Part shown: positions 1 through 10,524 of the stretch, one piece after another
Position numbering within the stretch: position 1 is the stretch's first letter
Layout of the letters: each line of letters opens with the position of its first letter
Assembly: GCA_963728205.1 (NCBI GenBank)
Contig: CAVSIV010000001.1
Coordinates: 1,152,001 to 1,216,000 of the forward strand
Source: an uncultured Chloroflexia bacterium
GTDB taxonomy: Bacteria > Chloroflexota > Dehalococcoidia > UBA2979
DNA length: 64,000 nucleotides
Direction of reading: 5' to 3'
Program-made: the position numbers and the translations under genes
Notes under the pieces: generated by a model
Told to the model about the DNA's origin: nothing
Database searches by the model: none
Seen by the model: only the letters and a program-made list of their open reading frames with translations

Positions 1-202
1 GCCAGAGCACGAGCACCGCCGTGGCGACGGTCGCGAGCGCGGCGGCCACGAGCCGCGCGCCGAGCGGCAGCGGCAGGTTGCTCACCGCGCTGTAGGCGAG
101 CGTCAGGCCGACCGCGGCGGAGAGGAGCTGCCGCATCGTGAGGCCGGCGAAGGCGCGGTCGGCGACGTTGAGATGGGTGGGGATCTCGTGGCGGCCGCTC
201 AC
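1..202 (-). CDS. PrgI/VirB3-like conjugation membrane protein, partial (runs off window)
   Basis: Manual translation VSGRHEIPTHLNVADRAFAGLTMRQLL followed by TM segments, matching the PrgI-type 'IP.....D+...GLT.RQ' pattern; GTG start overlaps the stop of the pilin gene. Confidence 0.7.
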   Translation of the reverse strand, partial: MSGRHEIPTHLNVADRAFAGLTMRQLLSAAVGLTLAYSAVSNLPLPLGARLVAAALATVATAVLVLW

Positions 203-429
203 GTGATCGCCCCCTTCACGACGCCGGCGATCGCGCGCGCGAGCAGCACGATCACGAGTCCGGTGAGCGCGTTGACGATCGCGGACTTCGCCGACTCCGC
301 CTGGCGCGGCGAGCCCGACGCCGCCATGTACATGAAGGCGCCCCACATCACGAAGAAGGCCGAGACCGCCACCGCGATGCCGGTGCCGATGTCGATCAGG
401 TTCGTGAAGAGCGTGTTGATCTGGTCCAT
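199..429 (-). CDS. TrbC/VirB2-like conjugative pilin
   Basis: 76 aa, two hydrophobic helices joined by 'G..YM.ASG.P....AK..I.NAL.GL'; T4SS context. Confidence 0.75.
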   Translation of the reverse strand: MDQINTLFTNLIDIGTGIAVAVSAFFVMWGAFMYMAASGSPRQAESAKSAIVNALTGLVIVLLARAIAGVVKGAIT

Positions 430-441
430 CTGGTTCTCCGA

Positions 442-966
442 TCAGCGGCCGCCGGATGCGGCCACGGCAGGTTGCTGTCCCAGCAGCTGGAAGTCGGCGA
501 CGAGCCAGCGCCCATCCGTGCGAACGAGCCCGAGGCTCACGTCCTGCGTCACTTGCTGGTGGACGAGCGCGCCGGACGCCGGGTCGCGCCACTCCCGGTC
601 CTGGGTGGAGCGCACGGTTGCCGCCGCGTTGCCTCCCGACAGCGCGGTGACCGTGACCGACTCGACGCGCGAGGAGCTCGTGCGCTCGGCGGCGATGGCG
701 GCGGGATCGACCGCGGCTTTCGCGACGGCGTGCTGGAGGTCGCCGGTGCTCAGGTCCGCGAGCCGCGCCGCGTACGCGCCGGCGTCCCGGAAGTCGAAGT
801 TGCCGTACGCGGCGACGAAGGAGCGGGCCGCGGCCTCGACGGCTGCACGGTCGTCCCGGCGCGCGGCGAGCCCCGACGCGCCGCTCCAGCCCGACGCGGC
901 CGCGATCGCGAGCAGCACCGCCGCGATCGCGAGCAGCGCGTACGCGGCGCCTCGCCCGCGGATCAC
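442..966 (-). CDS. VirB8/NTF2-like bitopic conjugation protein
   Basis: N-terminal TM, 'AARSFVAAYGNFDF' and C-terminal 'LVRTDGRWLV' NTF2-like strands; GTGA overlap at 963-966; fused to the SLT in the ORF track by an indel. Confidence 0.55.
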   Translation of the reverse strand: MIRGRGAAYALLAIAAVLLAIAAASGWSGASGLAARRDDRAAVEAAARSFVAAYGNFDFRDAGAYAARLADLSTGDLQHAVAKAAVDPAAIAAERTSSSRVESVTVTALSGGNAAATVRSTQDREWRDPASGALVHQQVTQDVSLGLVRTDGRWLVADFQLLGQQPAVAASGGR

Positions 967-1561
967 GGGGCCACCGCCACGGGCGACGGCCGGGAGGACC
1001 CGGCCACGGGCGTCGGCGTCGCGCCGGCGCCCGCGTACAGGCTCGCGCGTGCCAGCACGGTGCGCGACGTACGACCACGAGTGGTTGTAGGCGTAGACCG
1101 CGCCGGGGAGGTCGGTCGCCGCGCCCGCCGCGGCGAGCAGCCGCGCCATCGCCGGGATCGCGTCGCGGAAGTCGTACGGATCGCCGCCCCGTCCAAACAG
1201 CGCCCACGTCGACGGCAGGAACTGCCCGTAGCCGACGGCGCCTGCCGACGAGGTCGCCATGTTGGCGCCAAAGCCGCTCTCCACCGAGGCAATCGCCGCG
1301 AGCACCGGCCACGGGACGCCGGTCTCTGCGCTCGCGTCTTGCATCACCGCGAGCTGCGCGGACGGGATCGCGGGCGCCGACGTCGCGTGCGCGCCCGGGA
1401 TGCCGGGGATCAGCGACGCGACGAACGCGGCGATCGCGATCACGACCAGCAGCACGGGGACGAGCACGACCCCGGCCAGGGCGCCGGACGAGGCGGAGCC
1501 CCGCGCGCGGCAGGTCCCCGAGGACAGATGCGGCGACGAGCGTGGCCTGCAGCATCGTCAC
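963..1561 (-). CDS. lytic transglycosylase (SLT, VirB1-like), frameshifted
   Basis: 'VLAAIASVESGF', 'GAVGYGQFLPSTW', 'AVYAYNH' SLT motifs after a TM anchor. Confidence 0.85.
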
Positions 1562-2732
1562 GCTCCCCCCGCGCCCGCGGCGCCTGCGCCGCCGGAGCCC
1601 AGCCCACCGACGAAGCGGCTGAGGACCACGAGCGAGACGACGTTGCGCGAGGCCCGCGTGGCGCACCTGCCCGTGCAGGAGCGTGGGCACCTTGAGCGTC
1701 AGCCACGCGACGGCCATCCCCAGCATCAGCGTGAGCAGCGCGTTCGAGACGCTGCCGGGCGTGAGCTCGACCATCAGCGCGGCGCCGAGGCGCAGCACGG
1801 CCACCTGCACCGCCTGCTGGAAGACCGTGATCCCGAAGAGGTGCGCCCACCAGCGCGTCCACCCCTGGGTCTGGGGCAGCACCCAGAGCAGCACCATCAC
1901 GGGCGACAGCACGATCAGCACGTCCAGCAGCGCGAGCCGCATCAGCATCTGGAACACGAGCAGCAGCGCGACCACGACGTAGGCGATCGCGACGATCACG
2001 AGCGCGATCCCCTGCTGCTCGACGCCGGCCTGGTCGTAGCCGGGCAGCCCGACCTGCCCGACGCCGCCGGCGAAGGCGTTGTTCATGTCGATGAGGACGT
2101 GCGCGAGCTCGAGCGTGAGGTTGACGGCGAGCGCGGCGAGCAGCACGCGCGGCAGCAGCTCCATCACGCCGTGGTAGGGAGCGCGGATGTGGTCCTTCAC
2201 GACGACGTTGAAGCCGCCCCACATCACGACCAGCGCGAGGCCGGCGTTCGCGAGGGCGCGGCCGAAGTCCCAGAGCGTGCGGACGGTGCTGCTCTCGTAG
2301 GTGCCCGCGGCCGGCGTCCGCGTGACGAAGTTGAGCGACGAGCCGCCGAGGCCCATCGCCCAGTCGATGAAGCCGCGCATCGCCCCGCAGCAGCGCGCGC
2401 CCCAGCGCCGTGACGACGCCGTCGAGGATATCGCCCGCCCACTGGCGAGGATCGAGTCCGCTCAGCAGGCCGCCCGGGTTGGGCATGTTCGGCCCGGCGG
2501 CAGGGGCGGTGTTCACCCGGCTGGCGGAGAAGGGGGTCGCCGTGGAAGCCGCTGCCGGCGTCGGCGCCGCGTTCGCGGCGACGCTCGGCCGCGTCGGAGC
2601 GACCAGGGGCGCGCCCGCGCCGATGAGGGCAGCGAGCGCGTCCGGTGCCTGCTGGGCGCGGGCGGGTGCGACGAACACGAACCAGCAGACGAGGGCGGCG
2701 CAGACGCCGAGCAGCGGACCTCGCACGACCAA
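1558..2732 (-). CDS. VirB6/TrbL-like polytopic T4SS protein, frameshifted near 2390
   Basis: Alternate frame gives multiple TMs: 'LLPRVLLAALAVN', 'QMLMRLALLDVLIVLSPVMVLLWVLPQTQGWTRWW', 'LTLKVPTLL'. Confidence 0.75.
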
Positions 2733-2789
2733 GTCCCTTCTGCACCGCGTCCGCCTCGCCGATGGGCGGGGATTCGCGGTGCGGGGACT

Positions 2790-2877
2790 AGCGTCGCGTC
2801 ATGAGGTCCAACTCAAGTCCAAGATCGCACCCAGATCGCACCAATCCATACCAAGATCAGTCCAAGATCGCACCAAC
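2790..2877 (-). promoter_or_regulatory. 11-bp-period direct-repeat promoter, copy 1, upstream of the T4SS operon
   Basis: Minus strand TTGGTGCGATCTGGGTGCGATCTTGGACTTGAGTTGGACCT (2844-2804), 8 nt, then GACGCT; aligns without gaps to copies at 20844 and 28064. Confidence 0.75.
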
Positions 2878-3124
2878 GCGCTAGCTTCCGCGGGAGGCGC
2901 CTCACGGCACCAGGGCGGCGCGGATTCTCGATCCGTGTACGTTCGGCCGGACAAAGCAGGCGCAACGCCGCCACCCACCTGCTCGCCTCCGCTTTTGCGG
3001 CGGACGGCATCGCGCGTGTCCAGCGGTCAGCGCTTGGTGGGACAGCGCTCGCTCGCCCGACATGCCGGATACTTACTCAATTGTGAGGTGATCAGTCAGC
3101 GTCAGGACCGGTTGGCTGCTAGGA

Positions 3125-4654
3125 TTAGATGATCCCCTCTTCGCGTGCCTTGGACATGGCCGCCACCTTCCCGGAAACGCCGAGCTTGTCGTACAGCCGA
3201 TATGCATGCGTCTGAACCGTCCTCCATCCAACGCCGAGGAGATCAGCGGTTTCCCGGTAGCTCAACCCCTCCGACAGATGCGTCAACACCTCCACCTCAC
3301 GAGGCGTCAGGTTGCGGCCATGGCCGGCTGCCCGCTCTAACGCCACGGAGCGTACTGCGGCATAGCTGTGCGGCAGGGGGTCGATGGCGCGAGCGGATAG
3401 CGCCTCGCGCCCGGCGCGACGCAGCAAGATCGCCTCGCGCTCGGAGCGCGCCGTCCCCGCGAGCGCCAGTATCTCGGATAGTTGAACGCGGGCGAGGGCA
3501 GCCTCCAGATTGTACCCGGCAGCATCTGACCAACGAATCGACCGCCGGAGCGAGGTAACCCCACCCCGCCGATCTCCGTTCCGAATCTGGAGCAGGCCGC
3601 GGACTCGATCAGCTGAAACCGGCCACTCCATCGTTGATCGCACGTGGCGCGGCAATGCAGACCGAAGCCACTGCTCCCAGCGAACCGCTTCCGCCTGGGT
3701 ACCCGCGATAGCGACCGCCTCGGCACCAGCGAGGGCCGAAGGGAGCGACATGAGCGTCAGCGCAGGGGGAGGGTGTGGGCAATCGGCTACTGACTCTTGG
3801 CGATAACCGTCAATGAGGGCGCTGAATGACTCAGCGTTGGTCGCGTCGCGGTTTGCACCCGCCTCAACTGAGCGCAAGTGCCCAACCAGTTCTCGCGCCT
3901 CCTCCCAGTGAGCACCCACCACCGCCCGTCGAATCGCAAGCAATAACTCCCGCCAGCGAGTCAGGTAGTTACGGGACGCGAGCCGAGCGTGGCCCCCCGA
4001 TGGGCAGTCATTGATGCTCTGGAGAGCGGAGTCAAATGCGCGAGCGTCGTCCAGACGCCACTGACTGCCTGACTGTTCTGCCTGGACTCGCAGGGACTGT
4101 GCCCACGGACGGGCCCGCAACTGATCCCCTCGCGCCACCAACCATGGGACGAACCAGCTCTTCAAACCGCTCGCGAGCCACTCGTACCCGCTCCGCTCCG
4201 CTAGTCGAATGGGTTCGACGAACAGGTCGAGGTCAGCATCCTCAAGCAAGAGGCACGCAACGGTCGCAGAGTAGATCTTGTACTCGACGTCGGCGCGAGC
4301 GCTGCTAGCCGGGCATAGGAGTGCTGCGGCCCCCTGCAACGATTGGCGAGCGCCCCCGGGATCCCCGCTAATTGCCTCGTACGCCGCCTTCACGCACAGC
4401 AGGTGCATCACCGTATCGGGGACATCGCCAGCCATCCCGAGGCCAAAATCGAGTTGCGCCACCGCTTCCGGGAAGCGACCCTCGGCGTCCAGTCGGACAG
4501 CGGCGAGCATCGCGAGTTCCGCAACCTGGTCCGGTCGCTGCGCGCCGTAGGCTTCCGCGAGCGCCTGCTCGTAGATAGCCCGCCACTCCGCGCTCGACAG
4601 AGCGCCGGCACGGCGAAACTGCTCCCGAACTCGATCGACCAAGCTGTGCATCAT
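3125..4654 (-). CDS. large LuxR-family regulator (helical/TPR-like N-terminus, C-terminal HTH)
   Basis: C-terminal 'LTPREVEVLTHLSEGLSYRETADLLGVGWRTVQTHAYRLYDKLGV'. Confidence 0.85.
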   Translation of the reverse strand: MMHSLVDRVREQFRRAGALSSAEWRAIYEQALAEAYGAQRPDQVAELAMLAAVRLDAEGRFPEAVAQLDFGLGMAGDVPDTVMHLLCVKAAYEAISGDPGGARQSLQGAAALLCPASSARADVEYKIYSATVACLLLEDADLDLFVEPIRLAERSGYEWLASGLKSWFVPWLVARGDQLRARPWAQSLRVQAEQSGSQWRLDDARAFDSALQSINDCPSGGHARLASRNYLTRWRELLLAIRRAVVGAHWEEARELVGHLRSVEAGANRDATNAESFSALIDGYRQESVADCPHPPPALTLMSLPSALAGAEAVAIAGTQAEAVRWEQWLRSALPRHVRSTMEWPVSADRVRGLLQIRNGDRRGGVTSLRRSIRWSDAAGYNLEAALARVQLSEILALAGTARSEREAILLRRAGREALSARAIDPLPHSYAAVRSVALERAAGHGRNLTPREVEVLTHLSEGLSYRETADLLGVGWRTVQTHAYRLYDKLGVSGKVAAMSKAREEGII

Positions 4655-4767
4655 CGCAGACCACCTGACTTACCCGGGATCGTAAGTCAATCGACTGACG
4701 ACGGGGGGCACGTACTTCGCCATGCTGCCAGATACAGCGCAGCGGGCGGTAGCGAGAGGGTGAAGCC

Positions 4768-5181
4768 ATGGTCGTCCCAGAGTGTCTGCTATTGACGGAG
4801 TTCATCACAGACGTCCTTCGGGAGGACGAGGCGCTGCGAGCGCGGTTGCGGGCAATGCTGACAGCGGGAGCCTCATCCGGCGAGTTGACTGAGGCGCTCG
4901 CCGGGCACGCGGATGAGGGAACGGCCGAGACTATCCGGCACGAGTACTACGAGCTCCCCGAGTCGACCGTGGCGACGATCCTGACGGCATGGATGGCTGC
5001 TGAGAACGCGGGGCGGCCCTTCGTCCTCCGGTCGTCACCACCAGCCGAGCCGATTGCGGCGGCGCGCAAGCGCCGCGTCGAGATCTCGATCGCGATGGAC
5101 GAGGATGGCGTGGTAGTGTCCCTGTCCCACGTCTGGGATCGGCACGCCGATTGCTATAAACCGGTGATGACAGCGGCGTGA
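4768..5181 (+). CDS. hypothetical protein
   Basis: 137-aa ORF with globular composition and an upstream GAGAGG. Confidence 0.55.
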   Translation: MVVPECLLLTEFITDVLREDEALRARLRAMLTAGASSGELTEALAGHADEGTAETIRHEYYELPESTVATILTAWMAAENAGRPFVLRSSPPAEPIAAARKRRVEISIAMDEDGVVVSLSHVWDRHADCYKPVMTAA

Positions 5182-5254
5182 TTTGAGTCTAATGCCGCCG
5201 CAGCAGTTCTGGTGGCAGGACCTTGGAAGGGGCCGGTCAGGATGCGAGTGATCG

Positions 5255-5551
5255 ATGCCCACCGAGCCTTCGCGCGTAGTGCTACCAAGGATCACGATGC
5301 GCCGCGCAACTATCCTGCGGGACATCGCTGCCGGCTTGACGCTCCGCGAGATCGCGGAGACACAATCCCTCTCCTTCAATGGCGTGCGTAGCCACGTGGA
5401 GGATCTCAAGAACATCACGGGGTGCACATCTGTCCGGCAGCTAGGTCAGTGGTGGCGTGCGCACCGAGCTGAATGGATAAGACTAATGAACATGTGCGCC
5501 CGCGATTCGGAGCACGATCGTTTGATTCGAAGGAGGAGGCGGCTGCGTTAA
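5255..5551 (+). CDS. small LuxR-type HTH protein
   Basis: 'ILRDIAAGLTLREIAETQSLSFNGVRSHVEDLKNITG'. Confidence 0.7.
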   Translation: MPTEPSRVVLPRITMRRATILRDIAAGLTLREIAETQSLSFNGVRSHVEDLKNITGCTSVRQLGQWWRAHRAEWIRLMNMCARDSEHDRLIRRRRRLR

Positions 5552-5879
5552 GTGACAACGACCGGTCCAATCATCCGCGACTATCCGCCAACTGATCACG
5601 ACTGAAGCAATTGATGATGACCTTCAACCCCTCGGCTTGGTTCGCTGCATGACTTGCACGTCTCGGAGAACCCTACGCCCGCGCGTCGCTTACACCAGCT
5701 TCCGGACCGCGACCTAGTGCGACGTCCCGGTGAGCGGACAGTTGAACTCTGCGATCCGGATCTGTAACGCAAGCGCGGACAGCACGGGGGCGCGGCGTCT
5801 CGCTCCGGATCCCCCGATTGGCGCAAGCGAACAGCGCCCGCCTTTCGTCGACGGTGAGGAGGGCCACGACACCGTCCCT

Positions 5880-6519
5880 GTACTCTGTCTTCCTTCGAGG
5901 GACCGCAATCTGAGGGTGGTTACTTATGGTGATCACGGCGTCGTTGACGGCGATGGCGGTGCGAGACGAGCTCGTAAAGAGGTCCTCGGCCTGGGTCACG
6001 GTGTGCTCATGCGCATGCCGAAGTCGTCGCGGATGAGCAGCTCGGGCGAGAGGTGGCCACGCAGCCTGGGCTGCCAGCTGTGTGGTCGGCGCGGCCACCG
6101 GCGAGATCGACGAGCAGCGCCTGGGCTGGTGAAGAGCCGACCCTAACGGCAGGCCGCCACGCCGAGGGCCTGCGCGAAGAAGGTCTTCCCGACGCCGGTG
6201 GGCCCGCAAACCAGCACGCTGGGGTGCTCTTCGAGGTAGCGGCGAGCGGCGAGTTGCCAGAGTTCGGCCTTCGGGATCTCCGGGTTGTAGCTGAAGTCGA
6301 AGTCGCGCAGGTCGTACGCCTCGTCGAAGCGCGCCCGGCGGATGCGGCTCGCCATCCCGGCGGCCTCGCGGCGCCTGAGCTCGTCGTCGAGCAGCAACTC
6401 GAGGAACTCCACCGGGTCGAGGCCGCGCGCGCGTCTCCTCCACCCGCGCGGTGTTTCGCCTCCGGCATCCCGGATAGCTGCGAGCCGCAGGCGTGGCGCC
6501 AGCGCCCGACACCGCTCAT
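5880..6519 (-). pseudogene. istB: IS21-family helper ATPase IstB, frameshifted
   Basis: 'EFLELLLDDELRRRE...RARF...LRDFDFSYNP', Walker A 'GPTGVGKT', 'ELLIRDDFG'. Confidence 0.8.
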
Positions 6520-7097
6520 CGCGCACCTGCCGTCGCGAAGGCGGCCGGTCCGCGGAGGTAGGCATCGGCGGCGTCCGGACCTGGAGGCTGGTCGGGCGGC
6601 TCCGCGAGCCCGCGCTCGAGCAGGCCCCGCACCGTGCGGAGCCGCCCGTCGCCCGGCATCCAGCGCCGGCCGGTAAGCCTGCTCCAGCCCCTCCTCGCCG
6701 TCCCAACGATCAGGCGCAGCACCTACCTGCACCTCGCGGAGGTGGTGCAGGGCGTGCGTCTCGAGCACCGCGCCGACCAGCTCCCGGTCGCGGTCTCGAC
6801 CACACGGGCGCGACGCAGGCAGGCCCGCGGGGTGGCTCAGGTCTTCTATACTCGCCGCCGTCTGCACAGGGGCCCGATCTTCTTCAAACGCGACAACGCG
6901 ACGGCCGATTGAACCGAAGCAACTCGACCTTCTCCAGACTCAGAGCGAACTACCGAACGCCGCGGCGCTGGCCGCTGCGGAAGGCCGGCTGACCCACCGA
7001 TGCCCCCCGAACCTGCTCCGCCACGTCCCCCTGCAAATCGGGACGCGGCTCTCGACGAAGACCAGATCGTGCGTGAAGAACCGGCGATGGACCTCAC
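6516..7097 (-). pseudogene. istA: IS21-family transposase IstA, degraded C-terminal remnant
   Basis: Directly upstream of istB with ATGA overlap; 'RTVRGLLERGL...YLRGPAAF' tail typical of IstA. Confidence 0.5.
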
Positions 7098-7171
7098 CTT
7101 TCGCGCGAGCCCGACCCACGCCCGACTCTGGCTAGCAAACCGTCTTCGGGCCCGCGCCGCCTGTCGCGCGG

Positions 7172-8110
7172 CTATCTAAAAGTCCGTCCTGACCGCTCAC
7201 CAGGGCGGTGAAGCATGGCGGACCGCCCGAGCAACAGAAGCGCGAGCGCAACGACGCCCAGCAGCGCTCCTCCCGCCAAGCTCGCGCGGCCTTCGTCTAC
7301 TAGGCCAGCATTCCCTGTGGGTGCGGGAGTGGGAGCGGGTACGGAAGTCACGGTGAACTCGACAGGCGCTCCGACGGGAGCGGCATCCGGCTGCGCGGCG
7401 CGCCTCACAGACAGTTCGAAGTGGGCACCGGAGTCGCAGGTGTCAGCAAGCGACGCACGAGGAATCTCATACTTCAAGGCACCATCGGGCGGAACGGCAA
7501 GCCCCGCCGAGATGAACTGGCCGGCGTCGGGTTGGTCGATTCGGCGAAGGAAGAAGCGCACCTCCAGCCCGGACGGAAAGCCACGAGTAGTCGCTGCGAA
7601 TGACGCGGTACACGGTGCCTGCATTGGGCTAAGGAACAGTTCGGCAATAGGAGTGCAGGATCCCTGTGGTTCGATCTTGCGGTCCGCTAGAAGAGAACAA
7701 ACCGACGGCGGGTAGAGTTGATCGCTCGGCACTACCTGGTACCCAGCGAATGCAATCGTACGGCCTGGCTGAAAGGCCGGATGGAACGGGCGAAGTACGC
7801 CGCGAAAGTCGACGAATGTCAAACTGGCGCCAGCCTCGTGACACACATCCGGTTGGCTTGCCTGGCCGACTTGGATCTCACTGTAACGAGTCAAATCTAT
7901 CTCTGTGCAAAATGTGTCATTAGCGAAGATGAATACGCCTCCTCCAAGAACGGACCCGGCGTCGCCACTTACAAGCGGGAACCCAACCTCTGCCGGTGGA
8001 GGGAACGTGATCGTCGCCCGTTGCTCGGCAGGGGCTTGACCCACAGCCGCAGTAGTGGTGAGAACCAAACAAACTGTGACTAAGGCAATCGCAAGTCCGC
8101 CACGCAGCAC
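7172..8110 (-). CDS. secreted protein with C-terminal sorting-signal-like tail
   Basis: Signal peptide; 'PAPTGNAG', TM helix and basic tail at the C-terminus. Confidence 0.65.
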   Translation of the reverse strand: MLRGGLAIALVTVCLVLTTTAAVGQAPAEQRATITFPPPAEVGFPLVSGDAGSVLGGGVFIFANDTFCTEIDLTRYSEIQVGQASQPDVCHEAGASLTFVDFRGVLRPFHPAFQPGRTIAFAGYQVVPSDQLYPPSVCSLLADRKIEPQGSCTPIAELFLSPMQAPCTASFAATTRGFPSGLEVRFFLRRIDQPDAGQFISAGLAVPPDGALKYEIPRASLADTCDSGAHFELSVRRAAQPDAAPVGAPVEFTVTSVPAPTPAPTGNAGLVDEGRASLAGGALLGVVALALLLLGRSAMLHRPGERSGRTFR

Positions 8111-8194
8111 TGGTTCCCCGCTCTCACCTTCACCCGCTGAAAGAGCAGACGCGGGCTAGCAAGACGCCCCCGCCCGCCTCCGAAGAAATTGGCT

Positions 8195-9097
8195 CTACTG
8201 TACCACAACAGTCACGTTCGCATTGTCTCCATATGGCTGGTGAAGATTATCAGCGTAGCCCCGAGGGAAGACGCCGAAGGTCCAAGTGCCTGAAGGTTGT
8301 CCCGTCCACGTTCCTCCGCTCGAGTTCTTCGTGGTGGCACCAACATATGTCCAGCTGGAGCCCGTCCAGCGCCAGATACTGAAATCAGCCTCATTGTGGA
8401 CGTTCGAGGGATCCCACGAGAGCGATACCCCACCGGCATATGGCGACGAACCACTAAGGCTCGAAACGGCGTCGATGTGGTACGCGTTGTGGTAATTCGT
8501 GAGGTCCAGCGTTTGTGGCGTCGTGTACCAGCAAGTTTCTGTCGTGTCCATCAGCGTGGCACCTGCCGGGCAGCCAGAGTAATCCGCATGACCAAAGACG
8601 TGGCCCAACTCATGCGTCACGTCGCGTGACGTGTGGGCCGCCCCATCTGCCCAGCAGGATCCACCACAACCGAACAAGCTTGGATTGACCCAAACCGTGG
8701 TCGGGTTATTGAGACTGTAAGAAGGATCCCCGGTCGTGCTCGTTGGTGCCGTGCACATGTGCGCGCCAGACGTGCAGTTTGAAGAGAACCCGCTGGTCGT
8801 GACCGTCACGGATGCCGGACAAGTGACGGAGCTCAGGGCCGTGAAACCTAGCGCGGAGTTCCACCGTGAGACACCCGTCGAGGTCGAACTTGTGAACCCG
8901 CTGCTGCAGACCGTGACTGCGGTTCCGCCGATCAGGCCCTGCTGCAGGCCGTAGTTCCAACCAGCTATGAGGTGGCCGTCAGTGTGATCAGCGTGCGCGA
9001 CCTGCTGGCCAAAGAAGCCGGCCATGAAGCCGCCTGACATCACGACGAACACCGCTAGAAGCAGTAGCCAGCGATTTCGGAACTGCGAAGTGTTCAC
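8195..9097 (-). CDS. secreted zinc metallopeptidase (HExxHxxGxxD) with C-terminal FN3-like domain
   Basis: Signal peptide (AHA); HELGHVFGHAD, Met-turn-like 'TLMD', 'VSLSWD...NEADFSIWR'. Confidence 0.75.
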   Translation of the reverse strand: MNTSQFRNRWLLLLAVFVVMSGGFMAGFFGQQVAHADHTDGHLIAGWNYGLQQGLIGGTAVTVCSSGFTSSTSTGVSRWNSALGFTALSSVTCPASVTVTTSGFSSNCTSGAHMCTAPTSTTGDPSYSLNNPTTVWVNPSLFGCGGSCWADGAAHTSRDVTHELGHVFGHADYSGCPAGATLMDTTETCWYTTPQTLDLTNYHNAYHIDAVSSLSGSSPYAGGVSLSWDPSNVHNEADFSIWRWTGSSWTYVGATTKNSSGGTWTGQPSGTWTFGVFPRGYADNLHQPYGDNANVTVVVQ

Positions 9098-9579
9098 GGC
9101 GTGCTCCTGACTGAGGATGTAACATCGTCGAAGAGCTCGCCAGGAAGGCTTCCATTGGCCCCTGGAAGCCTGTCGACCTCTGTACCCTTGGCCCCGTCAA
9201 TTCGAAGCAACGCGCCAGTCTGAGGATCCTCGAAAATGAGCAAGAGGAGGCCGCCAGGATCGTTGACTGTTGCGACCTTGTAGGCGAGCTCGCCGCCGGC
9301 CGGGACCGTCAGATACCAACCCGTTCCGTCCACGCGATACGTCCCGGATCCGACCTCATCACCCCAGCGAACAATGGGGACTCCCCTCGCATCGAACTTC
9401 GGCGGGGATGAAGAAGGGCCCGGGGGAAGCGGCGGCAGGGCAGTGGGCCCCAGGGGTGGCGGGGTTGCGGACGGCGGGGGCGCACCAGCGCCAGGGGCGC
9501 CAAGTGCAACGCCAGCGCCGACGCTTAGGGCTGCTACCAGGACAAGGCCCGCTACGAGCGCGATAGGATTCCTTCTCAA
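9094..9579 (-). CDS. secreted Pro-rich hypothetical protein
   Basis: Signal peptide and Pro-rich linker; overlaps the peptidase start. Confidence 0.6.
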   Translation of the reverse strand: MRRNPIALVAGLVLVAALSVGAGVALGAPGAGAPPPSATPPPLGPTALPPLPPGPSSSPPKFDARGVPIVRWGDEVGSGTYRVDGTGWYLTVPAGGELAYKVATVNDPGGLLLLIFEDPQTGALLRIDGAKGTEVDRLPGANGSLPGELFDDVTSSVRSTP

Positions 9580-9679
9580 CGCGTTTGCTCCTCACCTACG
9601 GTTCGGGTGTCGCCTTCATCGTCTTAGATCATGCTTCGGCGCCCCCCTCTACTTCGCACTACGCACTACACCGTCGCTT

Positions 9680-10524
9680 CTATCTGTAATACGTGAACAC
9701 GAATAAGACCCAATGCGTACCGTAATTGTGATCGGTCGATCTTGCGCTCTCCTCCTCGACGGTCGCGGGGTAGTAGTCGAGCTGCGCCTCCGCCCGGGGC
9801 CGTGCGGTGTCTCTAGCACCCGACACCGCGCCCCGCTCGTCGAGAAGCCGCGCTGGTCCCCACGCTCGAGCACCGTGCGGAGCCACTCGGCGTCCTCGTA
9901 GGCCACCTCACGTCCGATGGATGCGGTGCGACCGCCGCGTGCGCCGAGCAGGCGCGAGCACTCCAGCTCCACGAGGCGGCGGGGGAGGCCGCGATCACCT
10001 CATTCGAGCCGCGGGGCTCGACGTGGGGGCTGAGGTCCGAGCGGGGTCCTCGAAATCGACGAGGCGGCCGAGCCAGTTCGGGCTCACGTGTCCCGTGCGG
10101 TCGGTGAGCGCGAGCATGCGAGGGATGTACGTGCATCGCGACGTACGCTCGCGTCTCCGGGCTCGCCGCCGGCGCGACGAGGTCCGCGGCCGAGCTTGGC
10201 GAGCGCGAAGCGACCGCGATAGCTGGAGCGGGCGGGCGCGGCCATCGCCTGGTGAGGGGCGACGCAGCCGGCTACGCACTGCCGGCCTCGAGCACGGGCC
10301 GGGAGCGCGTCATGATCGCGGTCGCCCACAGGTGTGCCGCCCGCGCGGGCGGCGAGGCGACGCCCACCGTTCCCCGCCAAAGCGCGAGGGCGTCCGCCGT
10401 CTGCCGCTCCATCGACACCCCGAGGGCCGCGAGCGCCTGCGCCACGTCGTTGCAGCGAAACGCGAGCAACGGTCGCGCGGCGGCGAGGTCGCTCTGGGCG
10501 GCGGGCGTCGGCGCGAGCAGTCCC
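9680..10524 (-). pseudogene. degraded or truncated ORF of unknown function
   Basis: Protein-like fragments in several minus frames, no identifiable start. Confidence 0.25.

Noticed and set aside
442-1467. Apparent SLT-VirB8 fusion ORF
   Set aside because: An indel near 1055 joins two genes; a GTGA stop/start overlap at 963-966 marks the true boundary
2804-2877. Repeat clusters here and at 20844, 28044 and 42140 as CRISPR arrays
   Set aside because: Units are 9-11 bp, abutting, with no unique spacers, and no cas genes are seen
5547-5694. IS66-like MITE ending in CGCTTAC
   Set aside because: The left end matches poorly and no target duplication is visible
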